From positions 1-18,549 of the forward strand of contig JAHJCL010000013.1 of NCBI GenBank assembly GCA_018813025.1: DNA of 18,549 nt, given 5' to 3'. A program made the translations under genes and the position numbers. Position 1 is the first letter of the stretch. Each line of letters begins with the position of its first letter. The notes beneath the pieces were generated by a model. The model was given only the letters and a program-made list of their open reading frames with translations, did no database searches and was not told the origin of the DNA. This stretch comes from Patescibacteria group bacterium. GTDB taxonomy: Bacteria > Patescibacteriota > Minisyncoccia > Minisyncoccales > DG-74-3. Of the stretch, positions 1 to 8,550 are shown piece by piece.

Positions 1-7
1 AATTGAT

Positions 8-595
8 TTACTTTTTCTTTATTTTAATCACCTCGTCAATAATACCGTATTCTTTAGCCTCATCAGCTGATAGATAAAAATCTCTGTCAGTATCTCTTTC
101 AATGTTTTTTAACGACTGACCGGTGTGTTGAGATAGAATTTTATTTAATTTAGCATTAATTTTCATTATTTGTTTTGCCGTAATTTCAATTTCCGATGCT
201 TGGCCTTTAACTCCTCCTGCAATCTGATGCAATAAAATTTCTGAATTAGGAAGAGTAAATCTTTTACCTTTACTTCCGGCCGCTAATAATACTGCTCCCA
301 TCGAACCTGCTAAACCAATACAAACTGTAGAAATATGGCAATTAACATATTGCATAGTGTCATAAATAGCTAATCCGGCTGTAACCGAACCGCCTGGAGT
401 ATTGATGTAAAGCTTAATATCTTTCTTGGGGTCTTGGGAAGATAAAAATAAAAGTTGAGCTATTATTGAATTGGCTAAATTATCATCAACTACGCCAGCT
501 AAAAAAATAATTCTATCCTTTAAAAGACGGGAGTAGATGTCATAAGCTCTTTCGCCTTTAGTTGTTTTTTCAATAACTGTTGGAATTAAAACCAT
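8..595 (-). CDS. clpP: ATP-dependent Clp protease proteolytic subunit ClpP
   Basis: 195-aa ORF with ATG at 595. The N-terminus [32 protein letters not shown] is the canonical ClpP start. Ser/His/Asp triad contexts are present ([24 protein letters not shown]). Confidence 0.95.
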   Translation of the reverse strand: MVLIPTVIEKTTKGERAYDIYSRLLKDRIIFLAGVVDDNLANSIIAQLLFLSSQDPKKDIKLYINTPGGSVTAGLAIYDTMQYVNCHISTVCIGLAGSMGAVLLAAGSKGKRFTLPNSEILLHQIAGGVKGQASEIEITAKQIMKINAKLNKILSQHTGQSLKNIERDTDRDFYLSADEAKEYGIIDEVIKIKKK

Positions 596-607
596 ATTCT
601 TAAGAAA

Positions 608-1486
608 TTACTTTTTTAAAAAACCTTCTAATAGTTGGAAAGTTTTTTCATTAATTAATGCTTCTCTAGTATAACTTTTCACCTGTTCCGGGTCAATCGG
701 CTGTTTGGCCAAATCAGCGAAAGGCGACTTCTTTATTTCTTGCTCCACTTCATGATCGCTGACTGAAATATTATTTTTAAGACCAAGCTCTCTTAAAACT
801 AAAGAAATCTTAATTTTCTCTTGTGATTCTTGGAAAAAAGAATCTGAAATTTCTTTTTCTGTTTTTCCAATTTTTTTAAGATAATCGTCGAAACTTGTCT
901 GTAAACTTTGTAGAACGCTATTTTTCAAATTTTCCAACATTCTTTTTTGTTCCTGTTCAATTAAAACCAAAGGAATTTCCACTTTTACTTCTTTAGCTAT
1001 TTTTTTCAGTATTTCCTGCCTCAATCTTTCTTTTTCCCATTTAACTTTTTCTTGTTTAACCTTCTCTATCTCTTCTTTCGTGACCTCTACTTTTTTTTGT
1101 TCAATTTTAGAGAGAATCTGCTCATAATTAGGCAATTCGAACTTAGGCAAGACATAAACTTTAGCCTTAAATTCAAAAGGGTTATCTTTAGCTAATTTTA
1201 AAATTTCAACTTGAGGAGAAGAAATTACTTCAAGATTATTTTCTTGTCTTGCTTTAAAATAGGAATCTTGGATAGCATGATCGGCAGCTGCTAATAATAT
1301 TTTTTCTTGTCCGACTTCTTTTTCAATTACTTCTTTAGGCGCATTTCCTTTTCTAAAACCGGCAACGGTTAAATCTTTACCTAAATCTATAATTGCTTTT
1401 TGAATAAATTTTTCGAACTCATCAAAAGGAATCTCGCAAGTTAATTCAATTTGAGATTGAGATATTTTTTGGATAGATGATTTCAC
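608..1486 (-). CDS. tig: Trigger factor, short form without a PPIase domain
   Basis: 292-aa ORF with a GTG start at 1486 that overlaps the ppaC stop (GTGA). It has the ribosome-binding signature AGFRKGNAPKEV (GFRxGxxP). After VEVTKEEIEKVKQEKVKWEKE the sequence goes straight into a C-terminal arm-like helical region, and no FKBP-like segment lies between. Confidence 0.85.
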   Translation of the reverse strand: MKSSIQKISQSQIELTCEIPFDEFEKFIQKAIIDLGKDLTVAGFRKGNAPKEVIEKEVGQEKILLAAADHAIQDSYFKARQENNLEVISSPQVEILKLAKDNPFEFKAKVYVLPKFELPNYEQILSKIEQKKVEVTKEEIEKVKQEKVKWEKERLRQEILKKIAKEVKVEIPLVLIEQEQKRMLENLKNSVLQSLQTSFDDYLKKIGKTEKEISDSFFQESQEKIKISLVLRELGLKNNISVSDHEVEQEIKKSPFADLAKQPIDPEQVKSYTREALINEKTFQLLEGFLKK

Positions 1487-2421
1487 TTTTGTTCTAAAAA
1501 ATTAATAATTGATGGGACCAACTGCTTTTTACGGGAAACTACTCCAGGTAATATTAAAAACCGACCAACTGCTTTAGTATTGAAAGCGGATTCAGCTACT
1601 ACTTTTTCCTGCTCTAATAAAAATATTTTACTTTCCTGTTTTAAAATATCAACTAAAGCAAAAAAAATAAAATCCAGATTGTCTTCTTTCTTAACTAACT
1701 CTAAAGCAGTAAATATTTCGTCTTGAATATCCTCGGCTTTTTGAGGAAGGACGGTTTCTAATACTGAAACTCCGAACTTCTTTTCTCCAGCCTCATAATT
1801 TTTACAATCTCTGCTAATCAACTCTTTACCGGAAATTCCAGAAATATCAGATTTGGCTTCAAAAATCTGTTCAGCTAATTTGTCCATATCTTCTCCGGAA
1901 ATATCAATCAACTTTTTAGCCATATCTTTATCTTCTTGGGTAGTAGTCGGAGAAACAAGACTTAATGTATCGGAAATAATAGCTGCTAATAAAAGCCCGG
2001 CTTGTTTTTTATTTAAAACAATTTGATTTTCAAAAAACATTTCGGCGATAATCGTAGCTGTACTGCCCTTAGGTTCAGAACGATAAAAAATTGGAGAACT
2101 GGTGACAATACCTCCCATCTTGTGATGGTCTATTACTCCAACCAGATTAGCCTGCTCAATACCTTGAATTGATTGTTCGAATTCGCCATGATCTACCAAA
2201 AATACATCTTGGGAAGATAAAGAATCAATTTTTTGGGGAATATTTTGAGAAAAATAATTCAAAACAAATTGAATTTCTTTATTAAGATCTCCCGATGCTT
2301 TAGCTATTGCTTTTCCTTTAATTGGTTTTTGAGTCTGATTAATCAGCTCAGCCAGTAAAATAGAAGAAACAATGGTATCAGTATCGGGATTTTTATGACC
2401 AATAATAATTACTTCTTTCAT
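1483..2421 (-). CDS. ppaC: Manganese-dependent inorganic pyrophosphatase (family II, DHH/DHHA2)
   Basis: 312 aa. Motifs: GHKNPDTDT, VDH, VIDHHK, SDT, and the DHHA2 C-terminus with GVVSRKKQLVP. It appears collinear with my remembered Bacillus PpaC sequence over the whole length. Confidence 0.85.
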   Translation of the reverse strand: MKEVIIIGHKNPDTDTIVSSILLAELINQTQKPIKGKAIAKASGDLNKEIQFVLNYFSQNIPQKIDSLSSQDVFLVDHGEFEQSIQGIEQANLVGVIDHHKMGGIVTSSPIFYRSEPKGSTATIIAEMFFENQIVLNKKQAGLLLAAIISDTLSLVSPTTTQEDKDMAKKLIDISGEDMDKLAEQIFEAKSDISGISGKELISRDCKNYEAGEKKFGVSVLETVLPQKAEDIQDEIFTALELVKKEDNLDFIFFALVDILKQESKIFLLEQEKVVAESAFNTKAVGRFLILPGVVSRKKQLVPSIINFLEQK

Positions 2422-2472
2422 TTTTATTAAAAAATTTATTTTATTGAAAACAAATTTATTTATTTTTTAAGA

Positions 2473-2510
2473 AAAACAAGGTTCTTGAGCAAAGCGAAAG
2501 GTTCTTATTT
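2473..2510. repeat. Intergenic motif copy A (between nusA stop and ppaC start)
   Basis: aaaacaaggttct (2473-2485) and ggttcttattt (2500-2510) are identical to blocks at 3833-3845 and 3865-3875. Both copies have an AGCRA-rich centre. On the gene-sense strand the motif reads AAATAAGAACC...AGAACCTTGTTTT. Confidence 0.5.
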
Positions 2511-2512
2511 TT

Positions 2513-3799
2513 TTAATTTTCTTGTTCTTCTTTTGTGTTTTTTTCTTTTGTTTTTTTAGGTTTGGCTGGTTTTTTAGTTTTAACTGACTTCTTAACTTTT
2601 TTTTCTTCTGATATTTCTGATGTTTCTGTTTTTTCTTCTGTTTTTTCTCCTACTTCTTCCTGGGTTTCATCTCCAGTTTCTTTTTGTTCTTGGCCTCTGA
2701 CATCTATTTTCCAACCAGTAAGTTTAGCAGCTAATCTTACATTTTGACCATCTTTACCAATAGCTAAAGACAGTTGATCTTCAGGGACAATACAAACAAC
2801 TTTATTTTTAGGCATTAACTCCACTTCTAAAACTTTAGCTGGTGATAAGGAGTTAGAAATAAATTTAGCCGGATCATCAGACCACTCAATAATGTCTATT
2901 TTTTCTCCCCCTAATTCATTAATGATTGCCTGAACTCTTGTTCCCCGCTGGCCAACAGATGCTCCGATAGGATCAATTCCTTCAGTATTTGAGGTCACGG
3001 CAATTTTAGTACGAGAACCGGCTTCTCTGGCAATAGCCTTGATTTCAACCTGTCCATCAGCTATTTCCGGGACTTCTAATTCAAATAATTTGGAAATTAA
3101 TTTAGGATAAGCTCTAGACAGAAAAACTCTTGGCCCTTTAGGGGTATCTTCTACCTGGATAACGAAAACCTTTAATCTCTGACCGGGTCTGTAAAACTCT
3201 CCGGCTACCTGCTCTTCTTTGGGCAATACTCCTAATGTCTTGCCAATATCTAGAAAAATATTTCTACCTTCAATTCTTTGCACAATACCCGATAAAATTT
3301 CACCTTCCTTATCTTTATATTCACTTAAAACATTTTCTCTTTCTGCCTCTCTTAATTTTTGCATTATAACCTGCTTAGCAGTTTGAGCGGCGATTCGTCC
3401 GTAATCTTCTTTAGATTCCAAAAATGTTTCTAATTCTTCACCAACTTTAATTTTTTCATCAATCTTTTTAGCTTCATCAAGCATAATATGTTTTTCCGGA
3501 TTAAATTTAACTTTTTTGCCGTCAGCTTCATCTTCTTCCTTGTTTTTGTCTTTCAAATCTTCTATTTCTTCTTCTGAATAGAGAGAATCTTGATCAACTA
3601 CTATTTTGACTTGCCAAAACTTAACTGCACCTGACTGCGTATCAAGTTTAGCTTTAATAATCTGTCCTTTTTCCCCGTAGTCTTTTTTATAAGCAGCGGC
3701 TATTGCTTGTTCAATTGTTTCAAAAACCTTTTCAGCGGAAATTCCTTTTTCCTCTGAAATTTGATGAACCGCTGATATAAAATCTCTTATTTCAATCAT
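2513..3799 (-). CDS. nusA: Transcription termination/antitermination factor NusA
   Basis: 428 aa with bacterial architecture: N-terminal domain (ISEEKGIS...AYKKDYG), S1 domain (GIVQRIEGRNIFLDIGK), and KH1/KH2 (GASVGQRGTRVQAIINELGGEKIDII; SLAIGKDGQNVRLAAKLTGWKIDV). It also has an acidic insertion in the NTD and a K/E-rich C-terminal tail. Confidence 0.93.
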   Translation of the reverse strand: MIEIRDFISAVHQISEEKGISAEKVFETIEQAIAAAYKKDYGEKGQIIKAKLDTQSGAVKFWQVKIVVDQDSLYSEEEIEDLKDKNKEEDEADGKKVKFNPEKHIMLDEAKKIDEKIKVGEELETFLESKEDYGRIAAQTAKQVIMQKLREAERENVLSEYKDKEGEILSGIVQRIEGRNIFLDIGKTLGVLPKEEQVAGEFYRPGQRLKVFVIQVEDTPKGPRVFLSRAYPKLISKLFELEVPEIADGQVEIKAIAREAGSRTKIAVTSNTEGIDPIGASVGQRGTRVQAIINELGGEKIDIIEWSDDPAKFISNSLSPAKVLEVELMPKNKVVCIVPEDQLSLAIGKDGQNVRLAAKLTGWKIDVRGQEQKETGDETQEEVGEKTEEKTETSEISEEKKVKKSVKTKKPAKPKKTKEKNTKEEQEN

Positions 3800-3832
3800 A
3801 ATTTTTTAATTTTAATTTTCGAACGAAGTGAG

Positions 3833-3875
3833 AAAACAAGGTTCTGAGGAGCGAAGCGACGAATGGTTCTTATTT
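3833..3875. repeat. Intergenic motif copy B (upstream of nusA start)
   Basis: Shares a 13-nt block and an 11-nt block, both perfectly identical, with 2473-2510. It lies between the plsY terminator hairpin and the nusA ATG. Confidence 0.5.
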
Positions 3876-3894
3876 GAAAAATTTAATTATTTCT

Positions 3895-3920
3895 GCAAAA
3901 AGTCCGTTTTAAAACGGACT
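3895..3920 (-). terminator. Rho-independent terminator after the plsY/GGGPS/GGPPS operon
   Basis: Perfect 20-nt palindrome agtccgttttaaaacggact (3901-3920), giving an 8-bp stem and a 4-nt loop. On the minus strand it is followed by TTTTGCAG. It lies 22 nt downstream of the plsY stop. Confidence 0.65.
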
Positions 3921-3941
3921 GTTATGTAATAATAACAGAAG

Positions 3942-4601
3942 TTAATTCTTTGTCAATTTTTTTACTATCCTTTTAATTCTCCAGTCCTTGTAAAAATCGT
4001 CGTCAAAAATTAAACGATTTAATAAAACTTTTCTTCTTACTGCCGGATCTTTTAATTCTTTAATTGGGCTAAGGCGTTTTAAAAAAATCGGCAATAAAGA
4101 TAATTGGACTAATTGACCCACTGAATTTGATAAACCGAATTTATTACCCCAATAAAAGACTAAAACCAGCATAACAATAGTTCCAATAGATAAATTCCAA
4201 ATAATTCCTAATAAAAGGAAGGGAATTAAACTAAATTTAAAAACAACCGGCGAAAAAGCATATAAAGCACCGCCGAAAGTTCCTATTCCTCGGCCTCCGT
4301 TAAATTTTAAAAATAAAGACCAATTGTGGCCGACAACAGCTGCCACTCCGCATAATACCTGTATTGAATCCGGCTGACCATAATACTGAGCTAATCTGAC
4401 AGCCAGATATCCTTTTAAAATATCTAAAAGACCGGTTAAAGCTCCTTGCCAAATACCTATATTTTTAAAAACATTTGAACCAGATGTTTTCCTCCAACCA
4501 ATTTCCAATATGTCCTTTTGAACTGAAAGTTTAGTTATAATATGACCAGACGGAAAAGAGCCTAAAAGATAAGATAAAATAATGAAAAAAATATTTAACA
4601 T
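3942..4601 (-). CDS. plsY: PlsY-family glycerol-3-phosphate acyltransferase (acyl-phosphate dependent), divergent copy 1
   Basis: 219 aa, multi-TM. Matching elements: N-terminus ILSYLLGSFPSGHII, LLDILKG, and GHNWSLFLKFNGGRGIGT (compare GHxxPxxxxFxGGKGxAT). The glycine-rich GSGNxGATN loop is degenerate (GWRKTSGSNVFKN). Confidence 0.8.
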   Translation of the reverse strand: MLNIFFIILSYLLGSFPSGHIITKLSVQKDILEIGWRKTSGSNVFKNIGIWQGALTGLLDILKGYLAVRLAQYYGQPDSIQVLCGVAAVVGHNWSLFLKFNGGRGIGTFGGALYAFSPVVFKFSLIPFLLLGIIWNLSIGTIVMLVLVFYWGNKFGLSNSVGQLVQLSLLPIFLKRLSPIKELKDPAVRRKVLLNRLIFDDDFYKDWRIKRIVKKLTKN

Positions 4602-4635
4602 AATGATTTGAAGATAATAAATATTGAAATTAGTA

Positions 4636-5430
4636 TTATCTAATTAATCCTTTTTCTATTTTTTCTTTGCCTTTTTGTTTGATAATTTTTACAAACTCTT
4701 TAACTAATGCTTTTACATCTTTAGTTTCTTCAGCGGCTGTACCAATAGATAAACAATCAGCTCCGGCCGCAACAACTTTACCGGCTTGTTCAGGAGTTCT
4801 AATTCCTCCACCAACAATATAAATAGCATCTATTGCTTTTCTGACAGTTGTTATCATCTCCAAAGGAATGTGATCAAAAGCAGCTGAGCCGGCATCGGTA
4901 AAGACCATTCTTCTACCAGCAAGCTGGGCTGAAAGAGCTAAAGCAGCTGCGAGTTTCGGCCTATTTCTGGGAACTAAATTGGCATCACCAACCCAGCCAG
5001 CAGTTCCTCCTGGTTCAACTAAAATATAACCTGTGGGCAAAGCTTCTATGCCCATTTTTTTAATCATCGGCGCTGACAGCATTTGAGCTTGAGAAATCCA
5101 ATAAGGATTTCTGGAATTCAATAAACTCATAAAAAACACAGCGTCGGCTGATGCCGAAATTGTAGCAATGTTTCCGGGAAATAAAACAATAGGAACATCT
5201 GTTTCTTTCTTAATTCCCTTAATCACTGAATCTAATAACTCGCCCTGCGCTCCAGTACTGCCACCAACCCCCAGAATATCAGTGCCGGCTTCAACTGCTA
5301 ATAAAGCTGTTTCAATAGCTTTTTGGGGCGTGGAATAATCACAGGGATCAATTAAAATAGATAGAATTGCTCCGTCCTTTTGAACCCTATCATTAATATA
5401 TTTTTCAACTTTTCCTATTAATGGAATCAT
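4636..5430 (-). CDS. Geranylgeranylglyceryl phosphate synthase (GGGPS/PcrB family)
   Basis: 264 aa with TIM-barrel GGGPS/PcrB hallmarks: ILIDP, DILGVGGS, PIVLFPGN, YILVEPGG, IVGGGIRTPEQA. The ATG at 5430 overlaps the upstream GGPPS stop (ATGA). Confidence 0.88.
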   Translation of the reverse strand: MIPLIGKVEKYINDRVQKDGAILSILIDPCDYSTPQKAIETALLAVEAGTDILGVGGSTGAQGELLDSVIKGIKKETDVPIVLFPGNIATISASADAVFFMSLLNSRNPYWISQAQMLSAPMIKKMGIEALPTGYILVEPGGTAGWVGDANLVPRNRPKLAAALALSAQLAGRRMVFTDAGSAAFDHIPLEMITTVRKAIDAIYIVGGGIRTPEQAGKVVAAGADCLSIGTAAEETKDVKALVKEFVKIIKQKGKEKIEKGLIR

Positions 5431-6524
5431 ATTTTTCTTGTAATTAAAAAATTAACGAATTCTTCCAACCTTTTTTTAGCCGGAGATTCAGGTAAAAGTT
5501 TCTCGGCTTCCTGCCAAGCATCTCCCATAATTTCTTTAGCTTTAGTTTGAGCATATTCCACACTGCCATATTTTTTAATTATAGCTATGGCTTCTTCTTT
5601 CTCTTTTATATCATCGGTATGCTTGTCCAATATTCCTATTAATCTGGCTTTATCTTCATCACTGGCTTTCTTTAGAGTATGAATTACCATTAAAGTTCTT
5701 TTACCTTCTTTAATATCATTGCCGAACACTTTACCGAATTTATCTCTTTCTTCTCCTTCAGAAATTATATCTAAAATATCGTCCTGAATTTGAAAGGCAA
5801 CTCCCATTGTCTCAGCTACTCTTCCAGCTGCCTCAACCACTTGATCGCTGCCACCGGATAGAATAACTGCTAATTTAGCCGACATTCTAGAGAGACAACC
5901 TGTTTTGTAAGCACACATTTGCAAATATTCATCTTCTTCAATATTAACTGCCTTACCATTGTGCCAAAAAATATCCGTGCCTTGACCAAGATGAATATTA
6001 ATCATCTCTTGCGCATAAGTTTCATAAGCTTTCTGTAAAATAACACAAGTAAAATTATCTTTGTTCTTGATTAAAGCCAGTAGTGGATAAAAATACATAA
6101 AATTCCCTGCATTAATAGCAACGTCAACACCAAAAACCTTATGAAGACATGGCTCATTTCTTCTTAATTCTCCCATATCTTCAATGTCGTCAACGATAAT
6201 ACTTCCGTTGTGAATTATTTCCGGAATCATTACAATATCTTGGACTTTTTCCAAATCACCTCCAACAGCTTCAACAATTAGTAAAAATAAAACTGGTCGC
6301 CATCTTTTACCACCCCTATCTATAAAATTCCAAATTGGTTTCATGAATACCGCATCGGCCGCGTCCGGACTATAAGTATAACGAGGGTCGCCGAAAACAA
6401 ACTTTAGCCACTCTTGCGTGGCTTTTCTGGGAAGATATTTCTCAATAATTTTATCTATCTCCGGTTTTTTTGATTCTAGATACTCGATAAATTCTTTTGA
6501 CTTACTGTCTTGATTATCAGGCAT
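5427..6524 (-). CDS. Polyprenyl (geranylgeranyl) diphosphate synthase
   Basis: 365 aa trans-isoprenyl diphosphate synthase. First Asp-rich motif: IVDDIEDMGELRRNEP. Second: FQIQDDILD. It also has GKRWRP and GNDIKEGKRT. The HNGSIIVDDIED / INAGNFMYF context resembles type III GGPP synthases. Confidence 0.85.
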   Translation of the reverse strand: MPDNQDSKSKEFIEYLESKKPEIDKIIEKYLPRKATQEWLKFVFGDPRYTYSPDAADAVFMKPIWNFIDRGGKRWRPVLFLLIVEAVGGDLEKVQDIVMIPEIIHNGSIIVDDIEDMGELRRNEPCLHKVFGVDVAINAGNFMYFYPLLALIKNKDNFTCVILQKAYETYAQEMINIHLGQGTDIFWHNGKAVNIEEDEYLQMCAYKTGCLSRMSAKLAVILSGGSDQVVEAAGRVAETMGVAFQIQDDILDIISEGEERDKFGKVFGNDIKEGKRTLMVIHTLKKASDEDKARLIGILDKHTDDIKEKEEAIAIIKKYGSVEYAQTKAKEIMGDAWQEAEKLLPESPAKKRLEEFVNFLITRKI

Positions 6525-6545
6525 AATAAATTTTGAACTATTAAT

Positions 6546-6565
6546 AGTATATTATATAGTATACT
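6546..6565. promoter_or_regulatory. Near-palindrome in the divergent GGPPS/DGGGPS promoter region (candidate operator)
   Basis: agtatattatatagtatact matches its own reverse complement at 18 of 20 positions. It contains TAGTATA twice and sits in the 103-nt divergent intergenic region. The AT-rich background makes chance occurrence plausible. Confidence 0.25.
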
Positions 6566-6627
6566 GGTTATTGTTCTAAGAGAAAAGATAGCTTGTATTT
6601 TTAGCTATTTTGTCTATTATTGAGCTT

Positions 6628-7422
6628 ATGAATCCTTATCTTGAGATTATTCGTCCGCAAACATCATTAATAGCCGGATTAGGAGCAGTAGTGGGTACTA
6701 TTATTGCCGGTGCCCCATTTTGTACTGCTTCTTTATATATTTTCTTAACTGTTTTCCTTATGACCGGAGCCGGTATGGTAATCAATGATTATTATGATTT
6801 GGAAATAGATAAAATTAATGCTCCTCATAGACCATTACCCAGTCAAAGAATGTTACCCAGGACAGCTTTTGGCTACGGATTATTTTTATTCATTTCCAGT
6901 CTTGTTTTTGGAACTTTCACTAATGTTTATTGTTTTGCTTTAGCTCTTTTCAACAGCTTAATTGAATTCTTTTACGCCAAAACATTTAAAAAATGGTGGC
7001 TGTTGGGAAATATTATGGTCAGTTGGTTAGCTGGCTCTGTTTTTTTGTTCGGCGCTATGGTCACCTTTGATTTCAGATTAGTGGGAATTTTGTCCGGACT
7101 GGCTTTTTTAGCCAATATGGGCAGAGAAATTTTCAAAACCATTGAAGATGTTAAAGGAGATCGGGCAATGAATTTGGATACGCTTCCCATCGGTTCGGGA
7201 ATCAAAAATGCCAAAGAAATAGCACGAGGATTTATTTGTTTGGCAATTATCCTTTCTCCTATTCCTTATTTATCCGGACTTTTAAAAAGTACTTACCTAC
7301 AAATTGTTTTAATCAGCGACTTAATTTTTTTCTACTCTCTTTTTCAATCTCCCACTAAGGCTAAAAATTTAGCCAAAATTGCTATGTTTATAGTTCTTTT
7401 AGCAATTTTAGTCAGCTTCTAA
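6628..7422 (+). CDS. UbiA-family prenyltransferase, digeranylgeranylglyceryl phosphate synthase-like
   Basis: About 8 predicted TM segments. UbiA Asp-rich motif: NDYYDLEIDKINAPHRPLPS. Second motif region: KTIEDVKGD. ATG at 6628 gives MNPYLEIIRPQ, typical of the family. The ORF track's alternative TTG start is at 6610. Confidence 0.85.
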   Translation: MNPYLEIIRPQTSLIAGLGAVVGTIIAGAPFCTASLYIFLTVFLMTGAGMVINDYYDLEIDKINAPHRPLPSQRMLPRTAFGYGLFLFISSLVFGTFTNVYCFALALFNSLIEFFYAKTFKKWWLLGNIMVSWLAGSVFLFGAMVTFDFRLVGILSGLAFLANMGREIFKTIEDVKGDRAMNLDTLPIGSGIKNAKEIARGFICLAIILSPIPYLSGLLKSTYLQIVLISDLIFFYSLFQSPTKAKNLAKIAMFIVLLAILVSF

Positions 7423-7428
7423 ATGAAA

Positions 7429-8550
7429 TTATCCAAAACTGGTTCCACTTCTCTGAAGGATTGAAAACAACTTGAATAATTGCCAAGCTCGACTTCTTAA
7501 TTTCGACTTAGAAAAAAACTTAACGAGTCCGGACAAATTCTTCAAATCCAGAGGATTTTTGTTTTCTGAAATATCAGCAATCTCATTCAAAACTGAATTG
7601 GGCAAACTGTACAAAACTTTTTGAGCATACATTAGGTCTTCACTGAAATAGGACATTGATTTTAATTTCTTTTCAAAGAGATGACTGGAATTATTAAGAA
7701 TTGCTTCAGTCGCCAATCTTCCTGAAATCATCGCGTTGTTTATTCCTCCGCCTAAAACCGGGTCAATCAAGGCTCCGGCATCACCAACCAAAAAAACATT
7801 ATCTTTGAATAATTTAATCCTCATTCCGCCATAAGTAATTAATCCGCTCTTATTAGTCAAAAGTTTGTAATTGCCGAATTCAGGAACAACGGTCGTGTCC
7901 ATAAAATATTTAAATCTTTTATCTAACTCTTTATACCCACCCAAACCAATATTAGCTGTATGTTTTGATTTAGGAAAAATCCAAACATATCCATCAGGGT
8001 ATTTCTCTTTATCAAAATATAATCTTATCGTTGATATTAGTACCTCTTTTTCAAGTTCAACTAAATATTCGTAAGTCGGTAAAATCCCGAATTTGCCTCC
8101 AAAGAGCTTAGTTCTGGTTACTGAAAGGGGACCATCAGCGCCAATAATATATTGAGCTCTGTAAATGTCTCCTTTTTCGGTATAGACTGCCCAGCAGTCT
8201 TTTTCCCTTTTTAAATCAACTACTTTGCTTTCTAATTTTATTTCTGCCTGACACTGCGTTGCTAAAAACTTCTCGAAAGCAACCCTATCTAAAACATAAC
8301 CGGCGTCTTGGCCCGGCAAAATAATTTTTTTACCTGAAGGAACAATTACCTCAATATTTTGAATAAACGTAGAAATCCAAGCAGGGTCAGGGGTGATTCC
8401 CTGTATTGATAAAGCTATCTGACTTAAACCCTCGCCACACTGGACTGGTTTACCAATTTCTTTCTTCTTGTCCAGAATTAAAGAATTATCCAAATACTTA
8501 CCGGCAATCAACCCCGCTGGACCGGCTCCAATAATAATCGTCTTAAACAT
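7429..8550 (-). CDS. FAD-dependent geranylgeranyl reductase (digeranylgeranylglycerophospholipid reductase-like)
   Basis: 373 aa. Motifs: N-terminal IIIGAGPAGLIAG dinucleotide fold, YVWIFPK, and GDAGALIDPVLGGGINNAMISG. The start overlaps the plsY copy 2 stop by 8 nt (ATGTTTAA). Confidence 0.85.
   Translation of the reverse strand: MFKTIIIGAGPAGLIAGKYLDNSLILDKKKEIGKPVQCGEGLSQIALSIQGITPDPAWISTFIQNIEVIVPSGKKIILPGQDAGYVLDRVAFEKFLATQCQAEIKLESKVVDLKREKDCWAVYTEKGDIYRAQYIIGADGPLSVTRTKLFGGKFGILPTYEYLVELEKEVLISTIRLYFDKEKYPDGYVWIFPKSKHTANIGLGGYKELDKRFKYFMDTTVVPEFGNYKLLTNKSGLITYGGMRIKLFKDNVFLVGDAGALIDPVLGGGINNAMISGRLATEAILNNSSHLFEKKLKSMSYFSEDLMYAQKVLYSLPNSVLNEIADISENKNPLDLKNLSGLVKFFSKSKLRSRAWQLFKLFSILQRSGTSFG

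Noticed and set aside
4636-5430. Interpreting the GGGPS homologue as a Bacillus-type PcrB (heptaprenylglyceryl phosphate synthase) with no link to archaeal-type lipids.
   Set aside because: This cannot be excluded from the sequence alone. However, the gene is operonic with a GGPPS and clustered with a DGGGPS-like UbiA enzyme, CarS, a geranylgeranyl reductase and a CDP-alcohol transferase. None of those belongs to the PcrB context.
5427-6524. A long-chain (C30 or longer) prenyl synthase call, based on Gly at the 5th position before the first Asp-rich motif (HNGSIIVDDIED).
   Set aside because: The small residue at that position is also typical of type III GGPP synthases (HNAS..DDIED context), where other residues set chain length. 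The position therefore does not support a long-chain product. Chain length remains to be measured.
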